Positions 23,352 to 32,721 of a DNA stretch of 64,000 nucleotides are shown here, piece after piece; within the stretch, counting starts at the first letter, position 1, and each line of letters begins with the position of its first letter. Source of the DNA: Candidatus Thiodiazotropha sp. (GTDB lineage: Bacteria; Pseudomonadota; Gammaproteobacteria; Chromatiales; Chromatiaceae); assembly GCA_040507005.1 (NCBI GenBank), contig JBEVVS010000113.1, forward strand, positions 33 to 64,032, in the 5' to 3' direction. The position numbers and the translations under genes were made by a program. Below the pieces are notes generated by a model. It was not told where the DNA came from and did not search any database. It worked only from the letters and a program-made list of their open reading frames with translations.

Positions 23352-24572
23352 TTGAATCAGTCGCCAAGCTCATCCCGCGTGCTCTCGGGCATGCGTCCTA
23401 CAGGTCGTCTACACCTTGGCCACTACCACGGCGTGCTGAAGAATTGGGTGGAGCTGCAGCATCAGCATGAGTGTTTCTTCTTTGTCGCGGACTGGCACGC
23501 CCTGACCACCCACTATGACGATCCGAGTGTGATTCCGGAGAGTATCTGGGATATGGTCGTCGACTGGCTGGCGGCGGGTGTCGACAGGGAAAAGGCGACC
23601 CTGTTCGTTCAATCCCTGGTGCCTGAGCATGCCGAACTGCATCTGCTGCTCTCCATGATCACCCCCCTCGGCTGGTTGGAACGGGTCCCAAGCTACAAGG
23701 ATCAGCAGGAAAAACTGAAGGAGAAGGATCTCGCCACCTACGGCTTCCTGGGCTATCCATTGCTGCAGTCGGCGGATATCCTGATCTACCGCGCCTCCCA
23801 GGTGCCGGTGGGTGAGGATCAAGTGGCCCATGTGGAGTTGACCCGGGAAGTGGCCCGTCGTTTCAACCATATCTATGGGCGCGAACCCGATTTCGAGGAG
23901 AAGGCGGAACAGGCACGCAAGAAGATGGGTAAAAAAGCGGCCAAGCAGTTTAGCCAACTGCAACGGGCCTATCAGGAGCAGGGCGATCCCCAGGCCCTGG
24001 AAAGCGGCCGTGAACTGCTGCAAGCGCAACAGAATATAAACATCGAAGAGCGTGAACGTCTGCTCGGTTACCTGGAAGGCAGTGGGCGTATGATTCTGGT
24101 GGAGCCGCAACCCTTGCTCACCAAGGCCTCGAAGATGCCGGGGCTGGACGGGCAGAAGATGTCCAAGTCCTATCAGAACACCATCTCCCTGCGGGAGAAA
24201 CCGGAGGCTGTGGAGGAGATGCTAAAACGCATGCCCACCGACACCAACCGGGTGAGACGCACCGATCCGGGGGATCCGCAAAAGTGCCCGGTCTGGCAGT
24301 TCCACCTGGTCTACTCCGATGAGCCCACCAAGCAGTGGGTCGAGGAGGGGTGCCGCTCCGCGGGTATCGGTTGTCTCGACTGCAAGGGTCCGGTAATCGA
24401 TTCGGTGCTCAATGAGCTGAAACCCATGCAGCAGCGGGCCGCCGAATTCGAGGCCCAGCCCGACCTGGTAAGGCGCATTATCAGCGAGGGTTCCGAGAGG
24501 GCCCGTGAGGTGGCCCAGGAGACCATGCGCGAGGTGCGTGAGGCAATGTCTTTGCGGGGATTCGAATCATGA
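23352..24572 (+). CDS. trpS: Tryptophanyl-tRNA synthetase (long form with insertion)
   Basis: SGMRPTGRLHLGH (HIGH-like), YPLLQSADIL, KMSKS. Confidence 0.96.
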   Translation: MNQSPSSSRVLSGMRPTGRLHLGHYHGVLKNWVELQHQHECFFFVADWHALTTHYDDPSVIPESIWDMVVDWLAAGVDREKATLFVQSLVPEHAELHLLLSMITPLGWLERVPSYKDQQEKLKEKDLATYGFLGYPLLQSADILIYRASQVPVGEDQVAHVELTREVARRFNHIYGREPDFEEKAEQARKKMGKKAAKQFSQLQRAYQEQGDPQALESGRELLQAQQNINIEERERLLGYLEGSGRMILVEPQPLLTKASKMPGLDGQKMSKSYQNTISLREKPEAVEEMLKRMPTDTNRVRRTDPGDPQKCPVWQFHLVYSDEPTKQWVEEGCRSAGIGCLDCKGPVIDSVLNELKPMQQRAAEFEAQPDLVRRIISEGSERAREVAQETMREVREAMSLRGFES

Positions 24573-24597
24573 GTGTTAACAAGCCCTAGGATCTGAC

Positions 24598-25416
24598 ATG
24601 GAAGAAGCTGAACAACATCCCCACTACCATCCAGAGCAGGAGGAGATGCCGTTCGCCATGGTCATGGGTGAACCCCTGGCGACGCCTCCCACCGATCTCT
24701 ATATCCCCCCGGATGCCCTCGAGGTCTTCCTCGACGCCTTCGAGGGGCCCTTGGATCTGCTCCTCTATCTGATCCGGCGCCAGAATCTGGATATTCTCGA
24801 TATCCCCATCTCGGACATCACCGACCAATACGTGCAATATATCGAGATGATGAAAGATCTGCGGCTGGAACTGGCGGCGGAGTATCTGGTGATGGCGGCC
24901 ATGTTGGCGGAGATCAAGTCCCGTATGCTATTGCCCAGGCCCACCAGCGAGGAGGAGGAGGGGGATGATCCCAGGGCCGAGCTCATCAGGCGACTGCAGG
25001 AGTACGAACGCTATAAACAGGCCGCTGAGGATCTGGACGGACTGGAACAGATGCAGCGGGATACCTTCCAGGGACACGCGGAGTTGGTGGAGCGGCATGT
25101 GGAGACCAAGGATCCTGATGTGGATCTGCGGGAGATCCTATTGGCCCTGCAGGATGTGATGACCCGTGCGGATATGTTCAGCAGCCACCGGGTGGAGAGG
25201 GAAAAGCTCTCGGTCAGAGAACGGATGTCCCACGTGCTGCAGGTGGTGCAGGGCAAGGATTTTCTGCCGTTTACAGAGTTGTTCGATATAACCGAGGGCC
25301 GCCTTGGCGTGGTGGTAACCTTCCTTGCGATCCTGGAGCTGCTGAAAGCATCGCTGCTGGAACTGGTCCAGACCGATGACTTTGCCCCCATTCATGTGAA
25401 AGCGAAAACGGCCTGA
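24598..25416 (+). CDS. scpA: Segregation and condensation protein A (kleisin)
   Basis: FEGPLDLLLYLIR, AAEYLVMAA and FLAILEL motifs. Confidence 0.95.
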   Translation: MEEAEQHPHYHPEQEEMPFAMVMGEPLATPPTDLYIPPDALEVFLDAFEGPLDLLLYLIRRQNLDILDIPISDITDQYVQYIEMMKDLRLELAAEYLVMAAMLAEIKSRMLLPRPTSEEEEGDDPRAELIRRLQEYERYKQAAEDLDGLEQMQRDTFQGHAELVERHVETKDPDVDLREILLALQDVMTRADMFSSHRVEREKLSVRERMSHVLQVVQGKDFLPFTELFDITEGRLGVVVTFLAILELLKASLLELVQTDDFAPIHVKAKTA

Positions 25417-25417
25417 T

Positions 25418-26347
25418 ATGACAGATGAAGATAGCTTAAAGAAGATAGTCGAAGCCGCCTTGCTGGCCGCGGGACGACCCCTCAACCTGGATCAACTGCA
25501 GTCGCTGTTTCCCGAGCGGGAGGAGCCGGACAAAAAACGTCTCAGACAGGTGCTGGCCGAACTCGCCGACGAGTATCAAGGCAGGGGCATAGAGGTGACC
25601 GAGGTCGGCAGCGGCTTTCGCATCCAGGTGCGGGCCGAGTTCTCTCCCTGGGTCTCCAAACTCTGGGTTGAGCGGCCGCCCAAGTACTCCAGGGCCCTGC
25701 TAGAGACCCTGGCCCTGATCGCCTATCGCCAACCCATCACCCGGGGCGAGATCGAGGATGTGCGTGGGGTATCGGTCAGCACCAATATCATCAAGACCCT
25801 CACCGAGCGGGAGTGGGTCAGGGTCGTGGGTCATCGGGATGTGCCCGGTAAGCCGGCCCTCTACGCCACCACAAAGGAGTTTCTCGACTACTTCAATCTG
25901 AAGAATCTGAACGAGTTGCCCACCCTGGCGGAGATCCGTGATCTCGACTCCATCAATCGGGAGCTGGAACTGGTCGATCCTGAAAAAGAGGCACCCCAGG
26001 CAGAGGTGGAGGCAGGGACAGAGCCAGAGACAGGGATAGAGGCAGAGGTAAAGGGAGAAGCAGAAGCAGAGGTAGAGACAGATACAGATACAGAGACAGA
26101 TACAGAGATAGATGCAGAGGTAGAAGCAGAGGCAGAAGCAGAGATAGAGACAGAGACAGAACAGTATCTGGAAGAACAAGCCGAAGGGATTGGGTCTGTG
26201 GAGGGTGAAGATACCATCCCCATTCTCGATGAGTCGTCCGATGCATCACCATCCGCCGCGCAGGATGCAGAACCCGGGGAGCGGATGGATCAGGCCGATA
26301 TCGAGGATCAACCCCCATCCAAGCCCGCTACCCATGAATCAGAGTAG
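25418..26347 (+). CDS. scpB: Segregation and condensation protein B with acidic C-terminal tail
   Basis: [21 protein letters not shown] and GKPALYATT motifs. Confidence 0.95.
   Translation: MTDEDSLKKIVEAALLAAGRPLNLDQLQSLFPEREEPDKKRLRQVLAELADEYQGRGIEVTEVGSGFRIQVRAEFSPWVSKLWVERPPKYSRALLETLALIAYRQPITRGEIEDVRGVSVSTNIIKTLTEREWVRVVGHRDVPGKPALYATTKEFLDYFNLKNLNELPTLAEIRDLDSINRELELVDPEKEAPQAEVEAGTEPETGIEAEVKGEAEAEVETDTDTETDTEIDAEVEAEAEAEIETETEQYLEEQAEGIGSVEGEDTIPILDESSDASPSAAQDAEPGERMDQADIEDQPPSKPATHESE
25995..26170 (+). repeat. Purine-rich imperfect 6-bp periodic repeat (GAG-RCA-type) in the scpB tail
   Basis: Runs of gcagag/acagag/gatacaga encoding alternating E-(A/T/V/I/D) dipeptides. Confidence 0.8.
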
Positions 26348-27257
26348 CGCGGGAAGCGGCGACCGCCTGCAGAAGGTCCTGGCCAATGCGGGCATGGGTT
26401 CGCGCCGTCAGATCGAAGGCTGGATCGTCGAGGGGCGGGTCGAGGTCAACGGCGTGGCTGCCGTATTGGGGCAGCGGGTAAGCCAGGACGATGTCATATT
26501 CGTGGATGGAAAACGGGTCGCCAAGCGGCTCCTCGAAGCCCCGGTGAGGGAGGTCATCGTCTACAACAAGCCGGAAGGGGAGTTGGTGACGCGTAAGGAT
26601 CCCGAGGGGCGTAATACCGTCTTCCAACGCATGCCCAAGCTCAAACACGGGCGCTGGATCCCGGTGGGGCGTCTGGATATCAACTCATCCGGCCTGCTGT
26701 TGCTCACCACCGATGGCGAACTGGCCAATCAGCTGATGCATCCCAGCCGTCAGGTGGAGCGCGAATATGCGGTTCGGGTGATGGGCGAGGTCAACGAAGC
26801 CCAGTTGAAAGAGCTGACCCATGGGGTGGAGCTGGAGGATGGGCCGGCCCGTTTCGAGGAGATCGTGGAATCCGGTGGTGAAGGCATCAATCGTTGGTTT
26901 CACGTGGTGATCATGGAGGGCCGCCAGCGTGAGGTGAGACGGATGTGGGAGGCGGTGGGCGCCCGGGTCAGTCGCCTCAAGCGGGTGCGCTACGGCAGCG
27001 TGATCCTGGAGAGCGCCTTGAAAGTGGGACGCTGGCGTTATCTGAGTGAGCAGGAGGTCAATGAACTGCTTACTACCATGGGGCATAGGGTCCCCAAGCA
27101 GAAAAAAACCCAGCGCGCCAAAGCCGATAAATCCCACCAGCCAAGGGGGTCGAAAAAACCCCCTTCCAGGGGTAAAAAGCAGACGCGCAAATCGGCTGGC
27201 ACCACCACTGAAACTATATGGAAAGGCAAACGGGGCGGGACAAGACGATCGCGCTAG
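26334..27257 (+). CDS. rluB: 23S rRNA pseudouridine synthase B
   Basis: RLQKVLA S4 domain, [20 protein letters not shown]; scpAB-rluB synteny. Confidence 0.92.
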   Translation: MNQSSAGSGDRLQKVLANAGMGSRRQIEGWIVEGRVEVNGVAAVLGQRVSQDDVIFVDGKRVAKRLLEAPVREVIVYNKPEGELVTRKDPEGRNTVFQRMPKLKHGRWIPVGRLDINSSGLLLLTTDGELANQLMHPSRQVEREYAVRVMGEVNEAQLKELTHGVELEDGPARFEEIVESGGEGINRWFHVVIMEGRQREVRRMWEAVGARVSRLKRVRYGSVILESALKVGRWRYLSEQEVNELLTTMGHRVPKQKKTQRAKADKSHQPRGSKKPPSRGKKQTRKSAGTTTETIWKGKRGGTRRSR

Positions 27258-27934
27258 CCCTCTCTGCCGCTCATCTGATGAGGGTCTATGAGCGGCTATT
27301 CGAGCGCTATGGTGCGCAACACTGGTGGCCCGCCGAGACCCAGTTCGAAGTGATGATCGGGGCGGTGCTGACCCAGAATACCGACTGGTCAAACGTGGAA
27401 AAGGCGATCGATAATCTCAAAGCCATCGACGCCCTCAGCCTTGAATCCCTGCTCGCCCTGCCGGGGGATGAACTGTCCACCCTGATTCGTCCCGCCGGCT
27501 ACTTCAATGTGAAACGCAAACGACTGCGCAGTCTGTGCCGATTTCTGGCGCAGAACCCTGCTCTGGAACAGCTGGATACCCAGGCCTTGCGCGAGGGGCT
27601 GTTGTCGGTTCACGGTATCGGACCGGAGACGGCGGATGATATCTTGCTCTATGCCTACGAGCGGCCGGTGTTCGTCATCGATGCCTACACCCGGCGCCTG
27701 TTCGGTCGTTTGGGATCAATAGGGGATGGCTGTGGCTATGAGACGTTGCGCGGGGGATTTGAATCGGCATTGGCGAGTGATGTGCCACTCTTCAAGGAAT
27801 ACCATGCCTTGATTGTGATCCATGCCAAGGCCCATTGCAGGACAAAACCTCTTTGCGGCGAATGCCCGCTGTTGGATTTGTGCGCCTATGGGAGGGATCA
27901 GCTGGCTAAAGAGATCTCGGATGCGAAGACCTGA
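27218..27934 (+). CDS. Endonuclease III-like HhH-GPD protein with 4Fe-4S motif
   Basis: [34 protein letters not shown]. The start may be ATG 27278. Confidence 0.9.
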   Translation: MERQTGRDKTIALALSAAHLMRVYERLFERYGAQHWWPAETQFEVMIGAVLTQNTDWSNVEKAIDNLKAIDALSLESLLALPGDELSTLIRPAGYFNVKRKRLRSLCRFLAQNPALEQLDTQALREGLLSVHGIGPETADDILLYAYERPVFVIDAYTRRLFGRLGSIGDGCGYETLRGGFESALASDVPLFKEYHALIVIHAKAHCRTKPLCGECPLLDLCAYGRDQLAKEISDAKT

Positions 27935-28821
27935 TTGCGTCCATTCTGTTTGGCCTGATAGAGAGCGGTGTCCGCACGTTCAAACAGACTCTGAGGTGTG
28001 TCCTCCTCAACCAAGGCGCTGACCCCAACACTGAGAGTGATGCGCACATCCTTCAATGACTTGATACGCAGATTTTCAACGTTCTGGCGTATACGCTTGG
28101 CTAAAAGTTTGGCACCCGCAATGTTGGTATCGTTCAATACCACCACGAACTCCTCGCCACCATAGCGGTAGACGGCGTCACTGCTGCGAATGGTCTGTTC
28201 CACTGAGGCGGCGATCTCCTTCAATACCATGTCCCCCACCGCGTGGCCATATTGATCGTTGATCTTCTTGAAAAAGTCGATGTCCAGCACCAGCAATGAC
28301 AGATCGCTCTGTTTGCGGCGATTGAATTCGATATCGCGACTGAAATTATCATCGAAGGCACTGCGGTTCTTTACCCCGGTGAGTGAATCGATGAAGGCGC
28401 TCTGAATGGCGGCCCGATAGAGCAGCGCATTGCGCAGGGGGTAGAGCAGGGCGGCGAGCAGATTCTCGATCTGTTCTATCTCGCTCTTCTGATAGCGTTT
28501 CCTGCGGCTGATGATGATCTGGCCGAGGGCGGTATCCAATACATTCAGGTCATACTTGAGCTTGTTGCGGCCAGGCTCTTCACCAAGATGGATATGGATA
28601 TCCCCATCCTTGCTACGATATTCAAATGTGCCATATTGAAATTGAGACTGCATGGTATTGGCAAACAGCTCGATCACCGCATCCACCTCGAGGGTGGTCT
28701 GCAGCTTTCCGCTCAGTTGCAATACCAGGCCCAGGGTACTCTCCATCACCGATGGTGACTGTGAGGCCTGTAAAGGATTGGCCGCAGTTGAATTTTGAGG
28801 TGTGCTATAGATGCCGCTCAT
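27898..28821 (-). CDS. Diguanylate cyclase (GGDEF)
   Basis: DSLTGVKNR, LDIDFFKKIND, RSSD I-site, YGGEEF. Confidence 0.93.
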   Translation of the reverse strand: MSGIYSTPQNSTAANPLQASQSPSVMESTLGLVLQLSGKLQTTLEVDAVIELFANTMQSQFQYGTFEYRSKDGDIHIHLGEEPGRNKLKYDLNVLDTALGQIIISRRKRYQKSEIEQIENLLAALLYPLRNALLYRAAIQSAFIDSLTGVKNRSAFDDNFSRDIEFNRRKQSDLSLLVLDIDFFKKINDQYGHAVGDMVLKEIAASVEQTIRSSDAVYRYGGEEFVVVLNDTNIAGAKLLAKRIRQNVENLRIKSLKDVRITLSVGVSALVEEDTPQSLFERADTALYQAKQNGRNQVFASEISLAS

Positions 28822-28860
28822 GGTTAAAGCTCACTCAAGTTTAAATCTCATCCTTGAATA

Positions 28861-28877
28861 TGCTAAAGCCATGCCAA
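28861..28877 (-). promoter_or_regulatory. Sigma54 -24/-12 promoter of the GGDEF gene
   Basis: TTGGCATGGCTTTAGCA versus consensus YTGGCACGRNNNTTGCW, about 40 nt upstream of the start. Confidence 0.65.
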
Positions 28878-28928
28878 GATTAAAAAAACCAATAAAAACA
28901 ATAGTTAACAAGTATTAAATCGGATGCG

Positions 28929-29000
28929 CGCCAAAAATACGGCGCAGATTTTCGGGGAATCTGCCGGGTTTGAAGGGGAAAATCCGACAAAATTTCGTCG
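28929..29000. promoter_or_regulatory. Pair of palindromic upstream activator-like sites
   Basis: CGCC-AAAAATAC-GGCG (28929-28944) and CGAC-AAAATTTC-GTCG (28985-29000). Confidence 0.45.
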
Positions 29001-29116
29001 CGGGTCATGCGCAAAATGGCCCGATCTTGTTTATCCACACGGAAATGGGGTGTTCGGCACTCTCGGTTAAAAATAACCTCTATCACTACATACCAGCTAG
29101 ATAAAGAGAACAACAG

Positions 29117-30157
29117 ATGATGAAAGCCACCACACTATCGATGCTGCTGCTTTTCGGCCTATCCCAGCTGTATGCCGCAGAGAGTCAGGAGGGATTGGGC
29201 AAGGGGCTGGTGAATCCGGGTTTTCATGACAAGCCTGCCTGGTTCAAGAACTCCTTTCTCGATCTGCAGGAGGATTTGCAGGAGGCAGCGGATGAGGGCA
29301 AGCGCCTGATACTCTATTTTCATCAGGATGGCTGTCCCTATTGCGCCAAACTGCTGAATGAGAACTTCTCCGTCAAGGAGATCGTCGATAAAACCCGGCA
29401 GGACTTTCAGCTGGTGGCGATCAACATCTGGGGCGACCGGGAAGTGAGCGGATTGGATGGGGAGAGCACCACCGAAAAGGCGTTCGCCGCATCCATGAAG
29501 GTCATGTATACCCCCACGCTGCTGTTTCTCGATGAGCTGGGGCGCAAGGTGCTGCGGGTCAATGGCTACTACGCCCCGCACCGTTTCATGGCGGCACTCG
29601 ACTATGTGGCGGGCAGGGAGGAGCGCAATCTCTCCTTCCGGGATTATCTGGCCCGCAGCCAGCCGGTGGCCTCCACAGGCAAACTGCATCGCCAGCCTGA
29701 CTACCTGCAGCCACCCATGGATCTGCGCCGCTCCCCAAAGGGTAACGCCAGGCCCCTGCTGGTACTGATGGAGATGAAGCAGTGCCCTCCCTGCGATGAA
29801 CTGCATCAGGAGATCCTCTCCCAAGCCGAACTGCAGGCGAGCCTGGGCGAATTCGACGTGGCGCTGGTGGATATCTGGTCAGGCGAAACATTGACCACCC
29901 CCGGGGGCAAGTCGATGAAGGCGACGGAATGGGCCGGGCAATTGGGTATCCAGTATGCCCCGAGCATGCTGTTCTTCGATGGCGAGGGCAGGGAGGTATT
30001 CCGCTCCGAGGCCTATCTTCGCAGCTTCCACGCCCAGGCGGTGATGGATTACGTCAGCTCGGGCAGCTACCGGGATCAACCCAACTTCCAGCGTTTCATC
30101 CAGGCCAGGGCGGATGAGATGCGGCAGCGAGGAGAGGTCGTAGACCTGATGAAATAG
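29117..30157 (+). CDS. Periplasmic tandem thioredoxin-fold protein (SoxW-like)
   Basis: Signal peptide; two Trx domains with CPYC and CPPC, each with a cis-Pro motif (YTPT, YAPS). Confidence 0.8.
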   Translation: MMKATTLSMLLLFGLSQLYAAESQEGLGKGLVNPGFHDKPAWFKNSFLDLQEDLQEAADEGKRLILYFHQDGCPYCAKLLNENFSVKEIVDKTRQDFQLVAINIWGDREVSGLDGESTTEKAFAASMKVMYTPTLLFLDELGRKVLRVNGYYAPHRFMAALDYVAGREERNLSFRDYLARSQPVASTGKLHRQPDYLQPPMDLRRSPKGNARPLLVLMEMKQCPPCDELHQEILSQAELQASLGEFDVALVDIWSGETLTTPGGKSMKATEWAGQLGIQYAPSMLFFDGEGREVFRSEAYLRSFHAQAVMDYVSSGSYRDQPNFQRFIQARADEMRQRGEVVDLMK

Positions 30158-30196
30158 CCCCCCAGGGAAAATGAGTCATATTGATACAAGATGGGG

Positions 30197-30231
30197 TTCA
30201 CTCGGGGCTGATTCTAGGGTAGTATTGCGCG
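30197..30231 (+). promoter_or_regulatory. Sigma70 stable-RNA-type promoter for tRNA-Lys
   Basis: TTCACT-N17-TAGTAT followed by a GC-rich discriminator TGCGCG. Confidence 0.55.
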
Positions 30232-30241
30232 TTCGATTTTC

Positions 30242-30290
30242 GGGTCATCGGCCCGATAGCCAGGGCATCTGACTTTTAATCAGGTGTTCA
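30242..30290 (+). pseudogene. Truncated, diverged tRNA-Lys(UUU) copy (5' acceptor strand, D-arm and anticodon arm only)
   Basis: Gap-free 38/49 match to the tRNA starting 60 bp downstream; 22 nt across the anticodon arm are identical. Confidence 0.8.
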
Positions 30291-30301
30291 ATCGAAATTT
30301 C

Positions 30302-30377
30302 GGGTCGTTAGCTCAGTCGGTAGAGCATCTGACTTTTAATCAGGTGGTCATAGGTTCGATTCCTATACGACCCACCA
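30302..30377 (+). tRNA. tRNA-Lys (anticodon TTT), CCA encoded
   Basis: GGGTCGTTAGCTCAGTCGGTAGAGCATCTGACTTTTAATCAGGTGGTCATAGGTTCGATTCCTATACGACCCACCA folds into a 76-nt cloverleaf. Confidence 0.98.
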
Positions 30378-30385
30378 TATAAAAC

Positions 30386-30419
30386 AAAGGCTTAGCGGTT
30401 ATCTGCTAGGCCTTTTTTT
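30386..30419. terminator. Rho-independent terminator after tRNA-Lys (probably bidirectional)
   Basis: AAAGGCTTAGC-GGTTATCT-GCTAGGCCTTT followed by TTTT. Confidence 0.8.
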
Positions 30420-31581
30420 ATTGGTTAAAGAGTCCAGGCATGGCCATCACCAGCCTTATAAGTTCTGATTGATTGTTGACTCCAGTCTTATTAAATACAT
30501 TTCTCAAATGCCAGCGTGCCGTATTGAAGGAAATCTTATTGATTTCTGCATAGCCCTTGAGAGTGTTTCCCTGGACAAGTGATTCGACAAGTCTAGCCTC
30601 TGTAGTGGTTAGCTTGTAAAGCTCCTTAAGTTTGCTTGATAGGTGATCAGGATGGATTTTGGGATCAGAAATCAGGACTATGACATATGAGCGTTTAATA
30701 GTAGAAGGATCACCACACTGATAGAAGGGTGTTATATACAGCTGTAGTGGCTTTGAGCTTGATTTGCGGTTTAACATCATATGGCAATTTTCATCTTCCA
30801 CTCTGTTGACTGCATTATCGATCAATCGTATGAGTTCTTTGTTGGCTGCGTAAGAACGACATCTTAATGTGTTATTGCTGATATAAAGCGCTTCGCACCG
30901 GTCAAGCAATTGTTCTGCGGTCGCATTGGCGTAAACCAACTTACCATCTTTATTGAGCAAAACGATGCTCTCGCGATGCTGATCCAGAAGCGTTGATAAC
31001 TCTAGATTCGTGGTATTTGTCAAGGTTAGCTCTATGGCAACCTGAAAGGCACGTTGCAGATGTGGGGCCAGTAACAACAATAGTTGCCGAATCTCATCCG
31101 GCTCAATCTTCGGGGTACTATCTATAAGCAGATTTAAAATTACCCATGTATGAGGTCCATTTGCAACGTTGAGTGCAAATCCATCTTCCACCTGAAGTGT
31201 GTTTAGCCACTCTGTATAAAATGCAGACTGTTTAAGTGCCTCGATGGGAACGTAATCTGAAAAACGAATCACATCTTGCGACTTCATATTGGTCTCGTGC
31301 TCAGTCCAGGGATCTATCTTATAGTAATAGTCTAAGTATTGGCCGAGCACCTCAGCTGAGATATTGACCAACCTTGGCGCGAGCAGTGGTGATTGAGAAG
31401 GCATCATTTGAGCTGAAGTGTCTGAGCGATAGGTCATGTGTCCTTTTCTCGACCCGGTGACTTCAACCAACTTATTTACAACGTCGTCCCATGCAGTCAG
31501 ATCTGATATTCCTCGATATATGTCATTGACTAAATCCAAAGCAATTTCAGCAATTGACTGATATTTTTGAGAAATATTCAT
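30418..31581 (-). CDS. LuxR-type HTH transcriptional regulator with GAF/PAS-like sensor domains
   Basis: C-terminal YKLTTTEARLV...GNTLKGYA...TARWHLRNVFNKTGVNNQSEL; PAS-like GKLVYANATA. Confidence 0.88.
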   Translation of the reverse strand: MNISQKYQSIAEIALDLVNDIYRGISDLTAWDDVVNKLVEVTGSRKGHMTYRSDTSAQMMPSQSPLLAPRLVNISAEVLGQYLDYYYKIDPWTEHETNMKSQDVIRFSDYVPIEALKQSAFYTEWLNTLQVEDGFALNVANGPHTWVILNLLIDSTPKIEPDEIRQLLLLLAPHLQRAFQVAIELTLTNTTNLELSTLLDQHRESIVLLNKDGKLVYANATAEQLLDRCEALYISNNTLRCRSYAANKELIRLIDNAVNRVEDENCHMMLNRKSSSKPLQLYITPFYQCGDPSTIKRSYVIVLISDPKIHPDHLSSKLKELYKLTTTEARLVESLVQGNTLKGYAEINKISFNTARWHLRNVFNKTGVNNQSELIRLVMAMPGLFNQ

Positions 31582-32009
31582 GTTAAAAATTCAGAATACA
31601 GCTCCAGGTGAACCCCTTCATATGGATGGGGACTATGATATTAACAAATTGATACCATATTGATAAAGATCGGGGAAACCGTTAATCATCTACATGGAGA
31701 TTAAATTTGGTTGTAATTCATCTCCGTCTACTGAACTAAAAAATCCTCAAAATAGAATTAATTGACTTGTTTTCTGATATAACGAATTCAAAAAAGGAAA
31801 GAAATAACAATCCAAAATTCAGATTAAAAAATAGAAATATTCAACTTGGTTATATAAGAAGATATCCCATGTAGAGTAGAGTCATATCGGTTGTCGTAAG
31901 CTGTTTGTAGATTAATATTTCCTAAAAAATAGAAGACGGTGAGTTAAAGTAATTCAAGAAAAATAATTATTTTTAATTGGTAATGTACAGTTGTAAAAGG
32001 GGAAATGAT

Positions 32010-32701
32010 ATGAAGCTGCTAAGTACTATTGCTATTTTCACGTCCACTCTATTTATAGCAGCATGCTCTTCATATGAGATAAAATCTGCTACCGCTCCGA
32101 TTTCAGAATCCAGATCAAATCTTGTTATCGATGGCAAGACAACAAAAACAGAAATAATAGCAATGTTTGGGGAACCGAATGGTTTTCTTCCTAGTGCTGA
32201 TAATACTGGTGGGTATGGTTCCCAATTAATGTTGGGTAATTATCACTCTAATTTACTACACTATAAAGATTGCACGATGCGCGAAAAATCAAAGATAGGG
32301 ATATTTTCGGCAGGTATTTCTAAAGCGAAGAAAAATGTTCTGTATTTACCTCGCTTCTTGACAAAAATGATGTTGTTATAGTGCACACATATTTGGATGA
32401 TAACTTTATTACAAGGGAAAGACTTGGGGCTATCAAAGAGAAAGAGTCATATAGAAAAGATGTTATAAAAACACTAGGGGGGCCATCATCAATTTCGACA
32501 AACGGTAATGATGAAATATATAGCTATCGTAACTGCATTACAAAGTCCATAGGTAAGGTTGTGGGGTTTTTTAGTAAAAAGAATACTATTGAAAAAGACT
32601 GTCAACAAACATCAATTATATTTCAAAAAAGCAAGGATTTAGTACAAAAAGTAACATTTCTTCCATTTGCAGATATCCAGATAAAACAAGACCAGAAGTA
32701 A
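32010..32701 (+). pseudogene. Two-domain SmpA/BamE-like lipoprotein split by a 1-bp deletion near 32331
   Basis: Lipobox FIAAC; repeated motifs GKTTKTEIIAMFGEP and SYRKDVIKTLGGPS. Adding one A in AAGAAAAATG joins the two ORFs. Confidence 0.7.
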
Positions 32702-32721
32702 ATACCAACATTAAGTTAAGA

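Noticed and set aside
27898-27934. 37-bp 3' overlap of the convergent EndoIII-like and GGDEF genes
   Set aside because: Short convergent overlaps are common and imply nothing specific.
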